64,000 nt of DNA, taken from Planctomycetota bacterium. GTDB lineage: Bacteria > Planctomycetota > UBA1135 > UBA2386. Below, piece after piece: positions 16,201 through 25,132 of the stretch. The position numbers and the translations under genes were made by a program. Position 1 is the stretch's first letter. Each line of letters opens with the position of its first letter. A model generated the notes under the pieces. It was not told the DNA's origin. It did not search any database and was given only the letters and a program-made list of their open reading frames with translations. Location: the NCBI GenBank assembly GCA_025459175.1, contig JALORC010000080.1:443-64442 (forward strand). Reading direction: 5' to 3'.

Positions 16201-18603
16201 TCAGGGCTGCAACCTGAGCTCCAGGCCGTCGCGGACCTCGCTGCGCCGCAGCAACTGCGGCGCCGAGATCGTGCAGACACCGTCCGGTCCCTGCGCGCAA
16301 AGGCGCAGCGCGACGTCGGCCGGCAGGTCGCTGAGCGAGAACCGACCGTCGGCCCCGGTGTAGCCGGCGATGTCGAGGGAGGGTGGCGCAGCGCCAGGAT
16401 CCGCCGCGCGCAGCCGCGCCCGCCAGCCGTCAGCCACCGCGTCGGCGAGCGGGCCGACGCCGACCGGAATGACCATCGCACCCGCGACCGGCGCGCCGGC
16501 CGCATCGACGACGCGGCCGCTCAGCGTGCCGCCGCGGTGCAGCGGGATGCGCAAGCCCGCGCGCACTTCCATCGCCCCGAGGTCGACCTCGAACACCGCC
16601 GGCGCGTAGCCCGGCACCCGCGCGACGAGCGCCTGACGACCGGGCTCGAGCGCCGTCTCGTGGAAGTCGGGAAAGCGTCGCTCGTAGTCGTCGGCGAAGG
16701 TCTGCGACGCCGGCAGCGGCACCAGGCGATCCGACGGCAGCGTCGAGTTGCCGTCGCGCACGCGCAGGACCTCGATCCCGAACACCGGCCAGGGCACCAC
16801 GGCACCGGTCTCGGCGTCGACGAACTCACCGTGCAGTTCGGCCATGTGGTCGCCGACGTCGCGCGGATCGTCGGCTCGCTTCAACCGGATCGGCACCAGC
16901 GAACCATCGGCGACCAGGCCGCGCCGCCGGGCCGGCGACAGCGTGTGGTCAGAGCTCACGTGCAGCGTGTGGGCGCCCTTGCCGAGCCCGTGGAACGACA
17001 GCCGGCCGTCCGCCGGCAGATCGGCCGAGGCCAGCGCATGCTGCAGGCCGGTCTCGTCGTGCTCGAGGCAGACGTTCGCCCAGGGCAGCGAGCCACCGTC
17101 GAGCCGCGCGACGTGCACTTCGAGGCTGCCGCCTGGCTCGAGCACGATCCGGTGCGACTGCGCGCCGGCGCGATCGAGTCGCAGCGGCACGTAGGCGGGC
17201 GCGTAGCCCGCCGGGCGACCGTCGACCAGCAACCACTTCGCGCCGAGACCACGACCCTGCAGCAACGCCGCGCCATCGCCGCCGGTCGTCGCGGTGGCCT
17301 CGACCGGTCCGTGGGCCAACCGCGGTGGTCCCTTCGCATCGGCTCGCAGCGACACCTCCACCGCAGGCAGCGGCATGCCGTCGCGCGCGGCGACCACGAC
17401 CGTGAGTTCGTAGCGCGTCATCGCCGTGCCGACGTCGGCGGGCAGCACCAGCGCCAATGGCGCCGCGTCGTGCGCGCGGGCGAACGGCAGTTCGTCGGTC
17501 TCCAGCAGCGTGCGCGTGCCCTCGACGACCCGCAGGCGGATCGAGTTCGGCCAGATCGTGTAGGGGCCGAGCTGCAGGCGGAAGCTGCCGTCGGCGGCCG
17601 TCGTCGTGGTGCCCAGCTCGTGCGGCTTCTCGCCACCGCTTGATGCGGCGATGACCTGCACGTTGGCGACGGGCCAGGCGCCGGCGTCGTGCACCGTGCC
17701 GAGGAACACCGAGGTCGTCCATTCGCGCAGCGTGGCATCGAGTTGGGCCGGCGGCACGGCCGCGGGAACGGCCGCGGCAGTGGTTCGGATCGGGTCCCGC
17801 GTCGGCAGCGATTCGGCTGGCGCGTCGGCCAGCGGGCTCGCGGCGCCGATCGCGCGAGCGGTCGCGCCGACCCGGTCAGCGATCGGGCTCGGGCTCCACC
17901 ACACCAGTGCCGCGACGGTAACCAGCACTACCGCCGTCGCCGCGACCGCCGCGAGTGTGGCGGTGATGCCGACCCCGCCGACGATCGTGCGCTCACCGAG
18001 CGCGAGCAGCCGCGGCTCGAGTCCGTCGGGCGTGGGCATCGGCTCCGCCGCGACCAGATCCGGCAGCCCCGCGAGCCCGACCGCGAAGCCGCGTCCAGCC
18101 AGCGCCGTGCGCAGCCGCTGCAGCGCGCGCTGCACGCGTTCGTGCGCCGTCGACGCCGGCACCCGCAGCGCCGTGCCGACCTCGGCGAACGTCAGCTGGT
18201 CCTGGCAGTGCATCTGCAGCGGCAGACGCAGGTCGTCGGGCAGTTCCGCCATCGCGGTGGCGAGCTGTCGCTGCAGCTCGGCAGCGTGGACCTCGGTGGC
18301 GGGGTCGCGGGAAGCGGCGGTCCGGTGCGGGTGCGCTGCGTTCATGGCGGTCTCCTCGTGTCGTTCCCGCCGTCGCCGCGCGCGCTGCGCGTTCGCCGCG
18401 AGTCGCGTCGCGAGCCAGCACAGCGTCGCCCGCAGGTCGCGTGCGGCCGTGAGCCGCACCTTGCCCTCCAGCACGCGGACGAACACGTCCTGCGTCACGT
18501 CGGCGGCCGCCTCGGCGCCGAGCCAGCGGCAGGCGCTGCGGTGCACCGCGGCGTGGTGGGCGCGCACGATCGACTCGAACTGGTCGCGGGAGATTCTCGG
18601 CAT
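16201..18603 (-). CDS. ECF sigma factor fused to TM helix and large extracytoplasmic CarboxypepD_reg-like region (800 aa)
   Basis: ORF 16201..18855 is trimmed to ATG 18603. Sigma region 2: ...DVTQDVFVRVL... Region 4 HTH: ...LPDDLRLPLQMHCQDQLTFAEVGTALRVPASTAHERVQRALQRLR... No stop follows. Next comes the TM helix ITATLAAVAATAVVLVTVAALVWW and about 530 aa with segments such as GRVVDAAGAPVAGAMVIP...GADGRFSLSDLP. Confidence 0.8.
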   Translation of the reverse strand: MPRISRDQFESIVRAHHAAVHRSACRWLGAEAAADVTQDVFVRVLEGKVRLTAARDLRATLCWLATRLAANAQRARRRRERHEETAMNAAHPHRTAASRDPATEVHAAELQRQLATAMAELPDDLRLPLQMHCQDQLTFAEVGTALRVPASTAHERVQRALQRLRTALAGRGFAVGLAGLPDLVAAEPMPTPDGLEPRLLALGERTIVGGVGITATLAAVAATAVVLVTVAALVWWSPSPIADRVGATARAIGAASPLADAPAESLPTRDPIRTTAAAVPAAVPPAQLDATLREWTTSVFLGTVHDAGAWPVANVQVIAASSGGEKPHELGTTTTAADGSFRLQLGPYTIWPNSIRLRVVEGTRTLLETDELPFARAHDAAPLALVLPADVGTAMTRYELTVVVAARDGMPLPAVEVSLRADAKGPPRLAHGPVEATATTGGDGAALLQGRGLGAKWLLVDGRPAGYAPAYVPLRLDRAGAQSHRIVLEPGGSLEVHVARLDGGSLPWANVCLEHDETGLQHALASADLPADGRLSFHGLGKGAHTLHVSSDHTLSPARRRGLVADGSLVPIRLKRADDPRDVGDHMAELHGEFVDAETGAVVPWPVFGIEVLRVRDGNSTLPSDRLVPLPASQTFADDYERRFPDFHETALEPGRQALVARVPGYAPAVFEVDLGAMEVRAGLRIPLHRGGTLSGRVVDAAGAPVAGAMVIPVGVGPLADAVADGWRARLRAADPGAAPPSLDIAGYTGADGRFSLSDLPADVALRLCAQGPDGVCTISAPQLLRRSEVRDGLELRLQP

Positions 18604-18842
18604 GCAGCGAATGGTCGGGGTGATCCTGGAGAACCGGCCGAGCCCCGGCATCCGGCGAATTCTGGGTGTTGCGGCTGCCGGCGTCGATGGGGCGACCCGC
18701 CGGCCCCGCCGGCTGCACCCGCGGGGGCTGGCGGGCCTGCCGGCCGCAACGTAGTTTGCCGGGGAAGTTGCAGCGGGGTTGAGCCCGGACCGTCGTGGCG
18801 GTCGCACCTCGGCACCAAGCAACCCGGCCATTCCGATCCAAC

Positions 18843-21245
18843 ATGCAGCATTCATTGTGGTCGACTTCGTGCACTGCCCTGCTGGCCACCACGGCCGCGG
18901 CCCAGTGCGTCTCCGCCTGGGAAAGCGCGGCCGACTTCGGCGTCAACGGCAGCGTGCGGGCAATGACCAACTTGGACCCCGATGGTCCCGGGCCGCTGCC
19001 GCCACAGCTCGTCGTCGCCGGTGCGTTCTCCGAAGCAGGTGGCACAGCGCTCGCGAACATCGGATTGTTCGAGCCGACCGCGGGCATCTGGTCGTCGCTG
19101 GGCAGCGGCATCGTCGGCAGCGTGTTCGCGCTGGCGGTGCTGCCGAACAACGACCTGGTCGCGGCGGGCGAGTTCACCGCGGCCGGCGGCGTGACCGTCG
19201 CCAACATCGCGCGGTGGAACGGCAGCAGCTGGCTGCCGCTCGGCCAAGGCCTCACCGGCGGCGCGATCCGCGCCTTGCTGGTCCGCGCCAACGGCGAGTT
19301 GATCGCGGGTGGTGCCTTCACCCAGGCGACCGGAGCCGTCGGTGACTTCGTCGCCAGCTGGAACGGCGCGGCATGGTCGGCGCTCGGCGCTGGCCTGTCG
19401 CAGGTAGGGGTGCTGATCGGCGTGTTGCCCGGGGTGGCCGGGCTCGGCACCCTGCCGAATGGGGACCTGGTGGCCGGTGGTGGCTTCAACCGATCCGGTG
19501 GCACCAACACCGGACCGGTGGCCCGTTGGAACGGCGTCGCATGGCAGTCGACCAATGCCCCCACGGGCGGGTTCGGGTTCCTGGTGTCGTGCGTGGCGAC
19601 GACCCAGCTCGGCGTGGTCGTCGGTGGCACCCTCAGCGCCGCCACGCTGCAGCGCTACGACGGTGCGGTGTGGACGGCCTTGCCCGCGCCGTCGACGCCG
19701 TCCAGCCTCGTCGAACTCGGCAACGGCGATCTGATCGCCGGCGGCACGTCCGTGTGGCGCTGGCGTGCGGGTGTGCTGACCACTCTGGGTAGCACTGGCC
19801 TCGGTGCAGTCCAAGCGCTCGCGGCCCTGCCCGGGGGCGGGCCCGGTTCGTTCGCCGCCGGGGGCACGTTCGCGAGCCTCGGCGGCAGCTCGGGGCGGGG
19901 CCTCGCGCGTTGGACCGGCGCGACGTGGGGCGGCTCGGCGGGATTCGCGGCTGCCACCACGGCCGTGACCGCCGACAGCAGCGGTCGGGTGATCGTGGCC
20001 GGCGAGTTCCTGGCGCACGGCACGACGCCGTTGCAGCGGATCGCCCGCTGGGACGGATCGGCGTGGCAGCCGCTGGGTGCGGGTCTGGGCTTCGCCGCCA
20101 CTTCGGTCGTTGCCCTCGACAATGGCGAGGTGCTGGCCTGCCGACCGGCGAATGGTGTGTGGCGGTGGGATGGTGCCACCTGGTCGCAGCTCCCGATCGG
20201 CGCCCTCGAGCCGACGCCTTTGCGCATGCGTGTGCACACGGATGGTCGGGTGCTGCTGGTGGGTCGCGCGATCAGCCTGTGGGACGGCGCGACCTTGCAG
20301 CTGGCCGACTGCTTCGGACCGCTCGCCGCGGCGCTCGAAGCCAACGGCAGCATCGTGGCCGGTGGGGAAGCGGGCACGGGCTGGAACGGGCTGTCCGGCA
20401 GTCCTCGCGTCGTTCGTTGGCAGAGCGGCACGTGGACGTCGCTGGACCCCACCTCGCAGTTCAACTTCTCCGTCGACGCGGTCGCGATCCTGCCGAACGG
20501 TGAGCCCGTGGTCGGCGGTGGTTTCACGACGCCCGCGTTGCGCGTCGCGCGACTCTCCGGCGGCGTCTGGCAGCAGCTCGGTGGTGGGCTGCCTTCCCGG
20601 GTGCTCGAGCTCGAGGTGTTGGCGAACGGCGACGTGCTGGCGCTCACGACCACGGACCTGTTCCGCTTCGATGGCGCCAACTGGCAGTTGGTGGCTGGAG
20701 CGCCGAGCAGTCCGAGCGCGAACCCGAGCGGGGTGGCCGACCTCGCCATCCATCCCGCCGGCGACGTGCTGCTGGCCGGTCAGTTCACGGTGTCGACCCA
20801 GAACTACGCCCGGCGGCGCAACTCCTGCACCGCGACGGCGGTCGCCGTGACGGGCGCGTGTGCGACGACCGGTGGCAGCAACCGGCTGGTCGCCAGCCAG
20901 TGGCCGTTGCTCGGCTCGCGGTTCCGTTCGCGCGGCAGCGAACTGTCGCCGGCAGCGGCATGGGCGCTCATGGTCACCGGTCTCGCGCCGACCTCGCTGC
21001 CGCTGAGCTCGGTGCTGCCGCAGGGTCAGCCCGGTTGCACGCTGGTGGCGAGTCCGGACCTGTTGACGCTGTTGCCGGTGCAGCTCGGCGCGGTGGACTT
21101 CGAGTGGCTCGTGCCGACCTCGCCGTCGCTGGTCGGGCTCGGGTTCCGCCAACAGGTGTTGCCGCTCGAGTTCACCGGTGCGGGTGCGTTGGCCGCGGTG
21201 ACCAGCACCAACGGCGTCGATGTCACCATCGGCGTGATGCCGTAG
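18843..21245 (+). CDS. Secreted beta-propeller-type repeat protein (paralog A) with shared C-terminal module
   Basis: ATG 18843 (MQHSLWSTSCTALLATTAAAQ signal peptide). About a dozen repeats of roughly 48 aa carry the core (A/V)RW(N/D)GxxWxxLGxG...LPNGDL(V/I)AGG. Examples: ANIARWNGSSWLPLGQGLTGG, FVASWNGAAWSALGAGL, IARWDGSAWQPLGAGLG. Confidence 0.8.
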   Translation: MQHSLWSTSCTALLATTAAAQCVSAWESAADFGVNGSVRAMTNLDPDGPGPLPPQLVVAGAFSEAGGTALANIGLFEPTAGIWSSLGSGIVGSVFALAVLPNNDLVAAGEFTAAGGVTVANIARWNGSSWLPLGQGLTGGAIRALLVRANGELIAGGAFTQATGAVGDFVASWNGAAWSALGAGLSQVGVLIGVLPGVAGLGTLPNGDLVAGGGFNRSGGTNTGPVARWNGVAWQSTNAPTGGFGFLVSCVATTQLGVVVGGTLSAATLQRYDGAVWTALPAPSTPSSLVELGNGDLIAGGTSVWRWRAGVLTTLGSTGLGAVQALAALPGGGPGSFAAGGTFASLGGSSGRGLARWTGATWGGSAGFAAATTAVTADSSGRVIVAGEFLAHGTTPLQRIARWDGSAWQPLGAGLGFAATSVVALDNGEVLACRPANGVWRWDGATWSQLPIGALEPTPLRMRVHTDGRVLLVGRAISLWDGATLQLADCFGPLAAALEANGSIVAGGEAGTGWNGLSGSPRVVRWQSGTWTSLDPTSQFNFSVDAVAILPNGEPVVGGGFTTPALRVARLSGGVWQQLGGGLPSRVLELEVLANGDVLALTTTDLFRFDGANWQLVAGAPSSPSANPSGVADLAIHPAGDVLLAGQFTVSTQNYARRRNSCTATAVAVTGACATTGGSNRLVASQWPLLGSRFRSRGSELSPAAAWALMVTGLAPTSLPLSSVLPQGQPGCTLVASPDLLTLLPVQLGAVDFEWLVPTSPSLVGLGFRQQVLPLEFTGAGALAAVTSTNGVDVTIGVMP

Positions 21246-21277
21246 CGGCCGCACGCGCCGAATCTTGCCCGGCCGCT
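21244..21277 (+). terminator. GC-rich hairpin at the stop codon of the propeller gene (possible terminator; no U-tract)
   Basis: AGCGGCCG (21244-21251) pairs perfectly with CGGCCGCT (21270-21277) across an 18-nt loop. The structure is seen in the sequence; terminator function is not shown. Confidence 0.25.
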
Positions 21278-21363
21278 CACGAGTTCTGCGCCGTGGCAGG
21301 TCACTGTTCGCGTCCGTGCAGCATCGACTTCGTCGGGTCTCTGCCTGCTGGCTGCGGCGCAGC

Positions 21364-21702
21364 ATGGCCTTGATCGTGCTCGGTACGACCAGCTTCCTGC
21401 TGGCCGCGCGCCTGCCGCGCTACCAATGCGCGGTCGTTCGTCCGGCGGTCGTGCTCGAGGTCGCGGCACCCGGGGCCCCGAGCTCCGGTGAGCCGTTGGT
21501 GGTGCAGACCTGGAACGTGTTCGGTCTGCCCTGTCCGGCGGGTCACGAGGTGTCGCGGCGCTGCATCGCTGCGGCGGCCGCGATCGTCGCGTCGGGCACC
21601 GATGTGATCGCGCTGCAGGAGGTATGGGACGACGACTCCCGTGTCCCGCTGCTGGCGACCGGTCATCACCGGTCGTCGACCTCGGACCTGCTCGCCCGAT
21701 GA
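21364..21702 (+). CDS. N-terminal fragment of an endonuclease/exonuclease/phosphatase (EEP) fold protein (112 aa; truncated, possibly pseudogene)
   Basis: Sequence MALIVLGTTSFLLAARLP...GEPLVVQTWNVFGLPCPAG...ASGTDVIALQEVWDD... corresponds to the first strands and the catalytic Glu of EEP/sphingomyelinase-like enzymes. The ORF stops after about 110 aa, and no remaining EEP segments are seen in any frame downstream. Its stop overlaps the next start (ATGA at 21699-21702). Confidence 0.45.
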   Translation: MALIVLGTTSFLLAARLPRYQCAVVRPAVVLEVAAPGAPSSGEPLVVQTWNVFGLPCPAGHEVSRRCIAAAAAIVASGTDVIALQEVWDDDSRVPLLATGHHRSSTSDLLAR

Positions 21703-22946
21703 GCGCTCCCGCGACGCCGTGGCCCGATTCGGCGCCGGCCGTCGATGCAGGCCACCTCGTCGATGCACGGTGGGATCGGTGTTTCGTCTGGGGTGGCGTG
21801 CTGCTGGTGCCGGTGCCGATCCTGTGCCACCTGCTGATGCAGGCGCTCGGGGTGCCGGTGGCCGTCAGCGAGGACCTGGTGACGTTGCTGGTGATGGTGC
21901 CGCTCGGCGGGCCACACGTGTTGGCGACCTTGCAACGAACCCTGTTCGACCGCCGATTCTGGCGCCACGATCGATGGCTCGCAGCCGGGGCCGCGCTGTT
22001 GCTGCTGCTGGTCGCCGCGACCGCGATCGCCAGCGCGTTCTTCGCGTGGACCCTCGCCGGTCGTCCGCTGATGACGTGGCTGCTGACGTTCTTCTTCTTC
22101 TGGGCCGGCCTGCACGTGCTGCAGCAGCACTGTTACGCGGCCCGGTGCCTCGGCGAGCGACGGCCGGTGGCACCGGGCCTCGGCTCCGATCGCGTCGACT
22201 ACTTGGTGCTGCTGCTGTCGCTGTATCCGGTGTCGCTGTTCCGGATGTCCATGGCGCGACCCGACGGCGCGAGCGGGGCCGCACCGGACGCCCTGGCGAC
22301 CAGGCTCCTGCGCGAGCTCGGCGCCAGTGGCGCGTTCGTCGACGACTACGTGTTCCGCATCGGTCGGGCGGTGCCGGTGCTGCCCGACTTCCTGCGCCAT
22401 CCGGCGATGTGGATCGGAGTCACCGTCGCTTTCGTGGCGGCGACGAGCGTGTTCGTGGTGCGGTCGTGGCAGGCCCGTCGACGCGGGGAACCGTTCGGCG
22501 CGCGACGGCGCCTGGTCGCGGTCGCCGCGGTTGCCGGTGCGCTGGTGCCGCTGTTCCCGAGTCTCGACGTGGCGTTCCAGGGCATCAATGCCTGGCACAG
22601 TTTCCAGTACCTCGGACTGGCCGTGCTGCTGCATCGCAGTGGTGCCGCGCTCGGCGTGAATGCCCCCGCACCAGCAGTGGCCGGGTTCCTGGCCTGGCGT
22701 CGAGCCGTGTCGGCGACCCTGCTGCTGGTCGTGCTGATCCTGGTCTTCGCGTTCGCGCTGCAGGTGGCGAGCGATGGCAGGTTCGTGATGTTCGGTCACG
22801 ACGAGCCCCCGACCGACGAGCGCGGGCGCTTGCTCTACCGACCCGGCAGCGTGTTGCTCGGCTACTACCTGTTCGGCTTCGGTTTCCTGCTGGTGCACTA
22901 CCTGTGCGACACGGTGCACTTCCTGCGCCGTCCGTCGGTTCGGTGA
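21699..22946 (+). CDS. Polytopic membrane protein (415 aa, about 9 TM), unknown family
   Basis: ATG 21699 (MSAPATPWPD...). Hydrophobic helices with conserved-looking His motifs: WAGLHVLQQHCY, INAWHSFQYLG, LLVHYLCDTVHF. The same-strand 440-aa ORF in the other frame (21641..22963) is Arg-rich and rejected. Confidence 0.75.
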   Translation: MSAPATPWPDSAPAVDAGHLVDARWDRCFVWGGVLLVPVPILCHLLMQALGVPVAVSEDLVTLLVMVPLGGPHVLATLQRTLFDRRFWRHDRWLAAGAALLLLLVAATAIASAFFAWTLAGRPLMTWLLTFFFFWAGLHVLQQHCYAARCLGERRPVAPGLGSDRVDYLVLLLSLYPVSLFRMSMARPDGASGAAPDALATRLLRELGASGAFVDDYVFRIGRAVPVLPDFLRHPAMWIGVTVAFVAATSVFVVRSWQARRRGEPFGARRRLVAVAAVAGALVPLFPSLDVAFQGINAWHSFQYLGLAVLLHRSGAALGVNAPAPAVAGFLAWRRAVSATLLLVVLILVFAFALQVASDGRFVMFGHDEPPTDERGRLLYRPGSVLLGYYLFGFGFLLVHYLCDTVHFLRRPSVR

Positions 22947-22983
22947 CGCCTGCAGCCACCTGAGGTGGTACTGCTACGCTGGC

Positions 22984-23586
22984 ATGATGAAGTTCTGCGC
23001 CGAATGCGGCGGTGCGCTCGAGGAACGTGAGGTCCAGGGCGATGGCCGCCGCCGGCACGTGTGCACCGTTTGCGCCCACGTGCACTACCGGAACCCTCTC
23101 GTCGTGGTGGGTTGCCTCGTGGAGAGGGACGACTCGATCCTGCTGTGTCGGCGGGCGATCGAGCCGGCGCACGGGCGCTGGACGACGCCGGCCGGGTTCC
23201 TCGAACTCGGCGAGACGATGCCGGCCGGAGCCAGGCGCGAGACGTTCGAAGAAGCCTCGGCGGATGTCGACATCATGGCACCGCACAGCTACCTGGAGCT
23301 GCTGCACATCGGCCAGGTCTACGCGATCTTCCGGGCGCGAATGAGGGCTCCAGATTTCGCGCCGGGTCCGGAGAGTCTCGAGTGCCGGTTCTTCCGTGCG
23401 CACGACATCCCGTGGTCCGAGCTGGCATTCCCGGCCGTGCATTTCGCGTTGCAGCTGCTGCTCGACGACCGTCGCGGCGGCTGTCGTCACGTGCATCACG
23501 CCCAGGTTCGCTGGAGCGGGGTGGGCTCGCGCTTCGACGCGAGCAACTACGAGCTCGTCGGGCACCTGCGGTCGCCGCTCGCCTGA
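22984..23586 (+). CDS. NUDIX hydrolase with N-terminal zinc ribbon
   Basis: MMKFCAECGG...HVCTVCAHVHY provides four Cys (CxxC...CxxC). NUDIX box: GRWTTPAGFLELGETMPAGARRETFEEA. Confidence 0.9.
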   Translation: MMKFCAECGGALEEREVQGDGRRRHVCTVCAHVHYRNPLVVVGCLVERDDSILLCRRAIEPAHGRWTTPAGFLELGETMPAGARRETFEEASADVDIMAPHSYLELLHIGQVYAIFRARMRAPDFAPGPESLECRFFRAHDIPWSELAFPAVHFALQLLLDDRRGGCRHVHHAQVRWSGVGSRFDASNYELVGHLRSPLA

Positions 23587-23617
23587 GCGACGGACTGGCG
23601 GTCGGCTGCTGCGGCGC

Positions 23618-25132
23618 TCACGCCGGCGCGCAGAGTGCCAGCAAGTCGGCCCGCCAGCGGTCGTCCAGCACCCGCGGTACTTTGTGCTGGCCACCGACCT
23701 TGCCGCGGCGCCGCAGCAGCTCCAGGAAGGTGCCGGCCGGCACGGCCTCGACGACCGGCGGGCGCAGGCCGTAGCTGCGGTGGGTGGCGTAGTCCTCGTT
23801 GCCGTCCTGCAACACACGGTCGAGTTCGCGAGCGAACGCCTGCGGCTCGCCCGGGGCGCGGTGGAACTGCACGTAGTAGCAGTGACAACCCATCGGCTCG
23901 CCGGGGACCGGGTAGTCGGTGGCGACCGCGAACTCCTCGACGCTCGCCGCGGTCGCGCGGGCCGCCGCCGCGATCGCCCGTTCCAGCTCGCCACCGCTCA
24001 CGTGCTCGCCGAACGCGTTCAAGGTGTGGGCGACCCGGCCCGCGAACAGGAGCCGCAGCGGGTTCGTCGACACGAAGCGGACCAGGTCGCCGATCAGGTA
24101 CGAGACGATGCCGGCATCGGTGGTCACCGCGACCGCGTAGTCGACACCGGGTTCGACCTCGTGCGCGAACAGGCGCCGCGCATCGGGCTTGCCCAGTTCC
24201 TCGGCCGGCACGAACTCGAACACCGCGCCGCGGTCGAGCAGCGGCAGCATCGCCGGGAGCGCGGCATCGTCCTGCACCGCGAGCATGCCGCCCTCCGACG
24301 CCGAATAGGTGTCCACCATGCGGAGCGGCCGACCCAGCAGCGTCTGCACCCGCTCCGCGTACGGAGCGAACGTGACCCCGCCGTGCACGAACAGCTGCAG
24401 GTTCGGCCACACCTCGCCGAGGTTCGCGACGCTCCGGCCCTGGGTCCGGCAATGGGCGAGCACCGCCTCACCGAACAGCACGATCCACGACGGCACGCCC
24501 GCGAGCATGCGCAGGTCGGCCGCGGCCGTCTGGGCGGCGGCAGCCGCGACCTTGTGTTCCCATGCGGTCAGGTCGCGGATGAAGCGGTCGGGTGCGTGCC
24601 AGCGTCGCATCAGCCGCGGCACATGGCGCGCCATGATGCCCGTGTTGTCACCGAGCCACACCGAGCCATGGCGGCGCAGCGCCGTCGAACCGCCGAGGAA
24701 CAGCAGCTTGCCGCCGAACAGGCTGGCCCGCGGATCGACCAGGTGTGGCACCAGCGCGTCAAAGCCGCCGCGCTTCTGGCTGGCGATCGTGGCGTCGCTG
24801 ACCGGCAGGAACTTCTCGCCGCTGGTGGTGCCCGACGACAGCGCCCAGTGGCGCACGAGCCCCGGCCAGAAGACGTTCTGCTCGCCGGCCCGGGCGCGTT
24901 CCCACCACGGCTTGCGCGCCGCGTAGTCCCCGAGCGGCACCGCTCGCCGCAGATCGGCCAGCGAACGCACGCGCCCGAGATCGTGTTCGCGCCCGAACTG
25001 CGTGCGGGCCATCGCCGCGGTGATCCGCTGCAGCAGTTGCTGCTGAGGCGGCATGGGATCGTGGGCATGGGCCCGCATCCGGGCGAGGCGGCGTCGCGCG
25101 AAGCGGCGGGCCACGGCGTCGATCCAGGTCAT
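23618..25132 (-). CDS. GH3 family acyl-acid amido synthetase-like protein
   Basis: ATG 25132 overlaps the GMC stop (ATGA). 504 aa. Motifs: ...WALSSGTTSGEKFLP..., ...TYSASEGG..., ...IGDLVRF..., and C-terminal ...RRRGKVGGQHKVPRVL... These match GH3 (auxin-responsive GH3-like) adenylating enzymes. Confidence 0.85.
   Translation of the reverse strand: MTWIDAVARRFARRRLARMRAHAHDPMPPQQQLLQRITAAMARTQFGREHDLGRVRSLADLRRAVPLGDYAARKPWWERARAGEQNVFWPGLVRHWALSSGTTSGEKFLPVSDATIASQKRGGFDALVPHLVDPRASLFGGKLLFLGGSTALRRHGSVWLGDNTGIMARHVPRLMRRWHAPDRFIRDLTAWEHKVAAAAAQTAAADLRMLAGVPSWIVLFGEAVLAHCRTQGRSVANLGEVWPNLQLFVHGGVTFAPYAERVQTLLGRPLRMVDTYSASEGGMLAVQDDAALPAMLPLLDRGAVFEFVPAEELGKPDARRLFAHEVEPGVDYAVAVTTDAGIVSYLIGDLVRFVSTNPLRLLFAGRVAHTLNAFGEHVSGGELERAIAAAARATAASVEEFAVATDYPVPGEPMGCHCYYVQFHRAPGEPQAFARELDRVLQDGNEDYATHRSYGLRPPVVEAVPAGTFLELLRRRGKVGGQHKVPRVLDDRWRADLLALCAPA

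Noticed and set aside
13718-16300. The upstream part of the 1415-aa reverse ORF 12053..16300, which suggested one giant protein.
   Set aside because: Only the last 554 codons, after an internal ATG with a signal peptide and ATGA coupling, look coding. The remainder is out of frame with the MFS gene and antisense to the AlkD-like gene, with Arg/Pro-rich composition.
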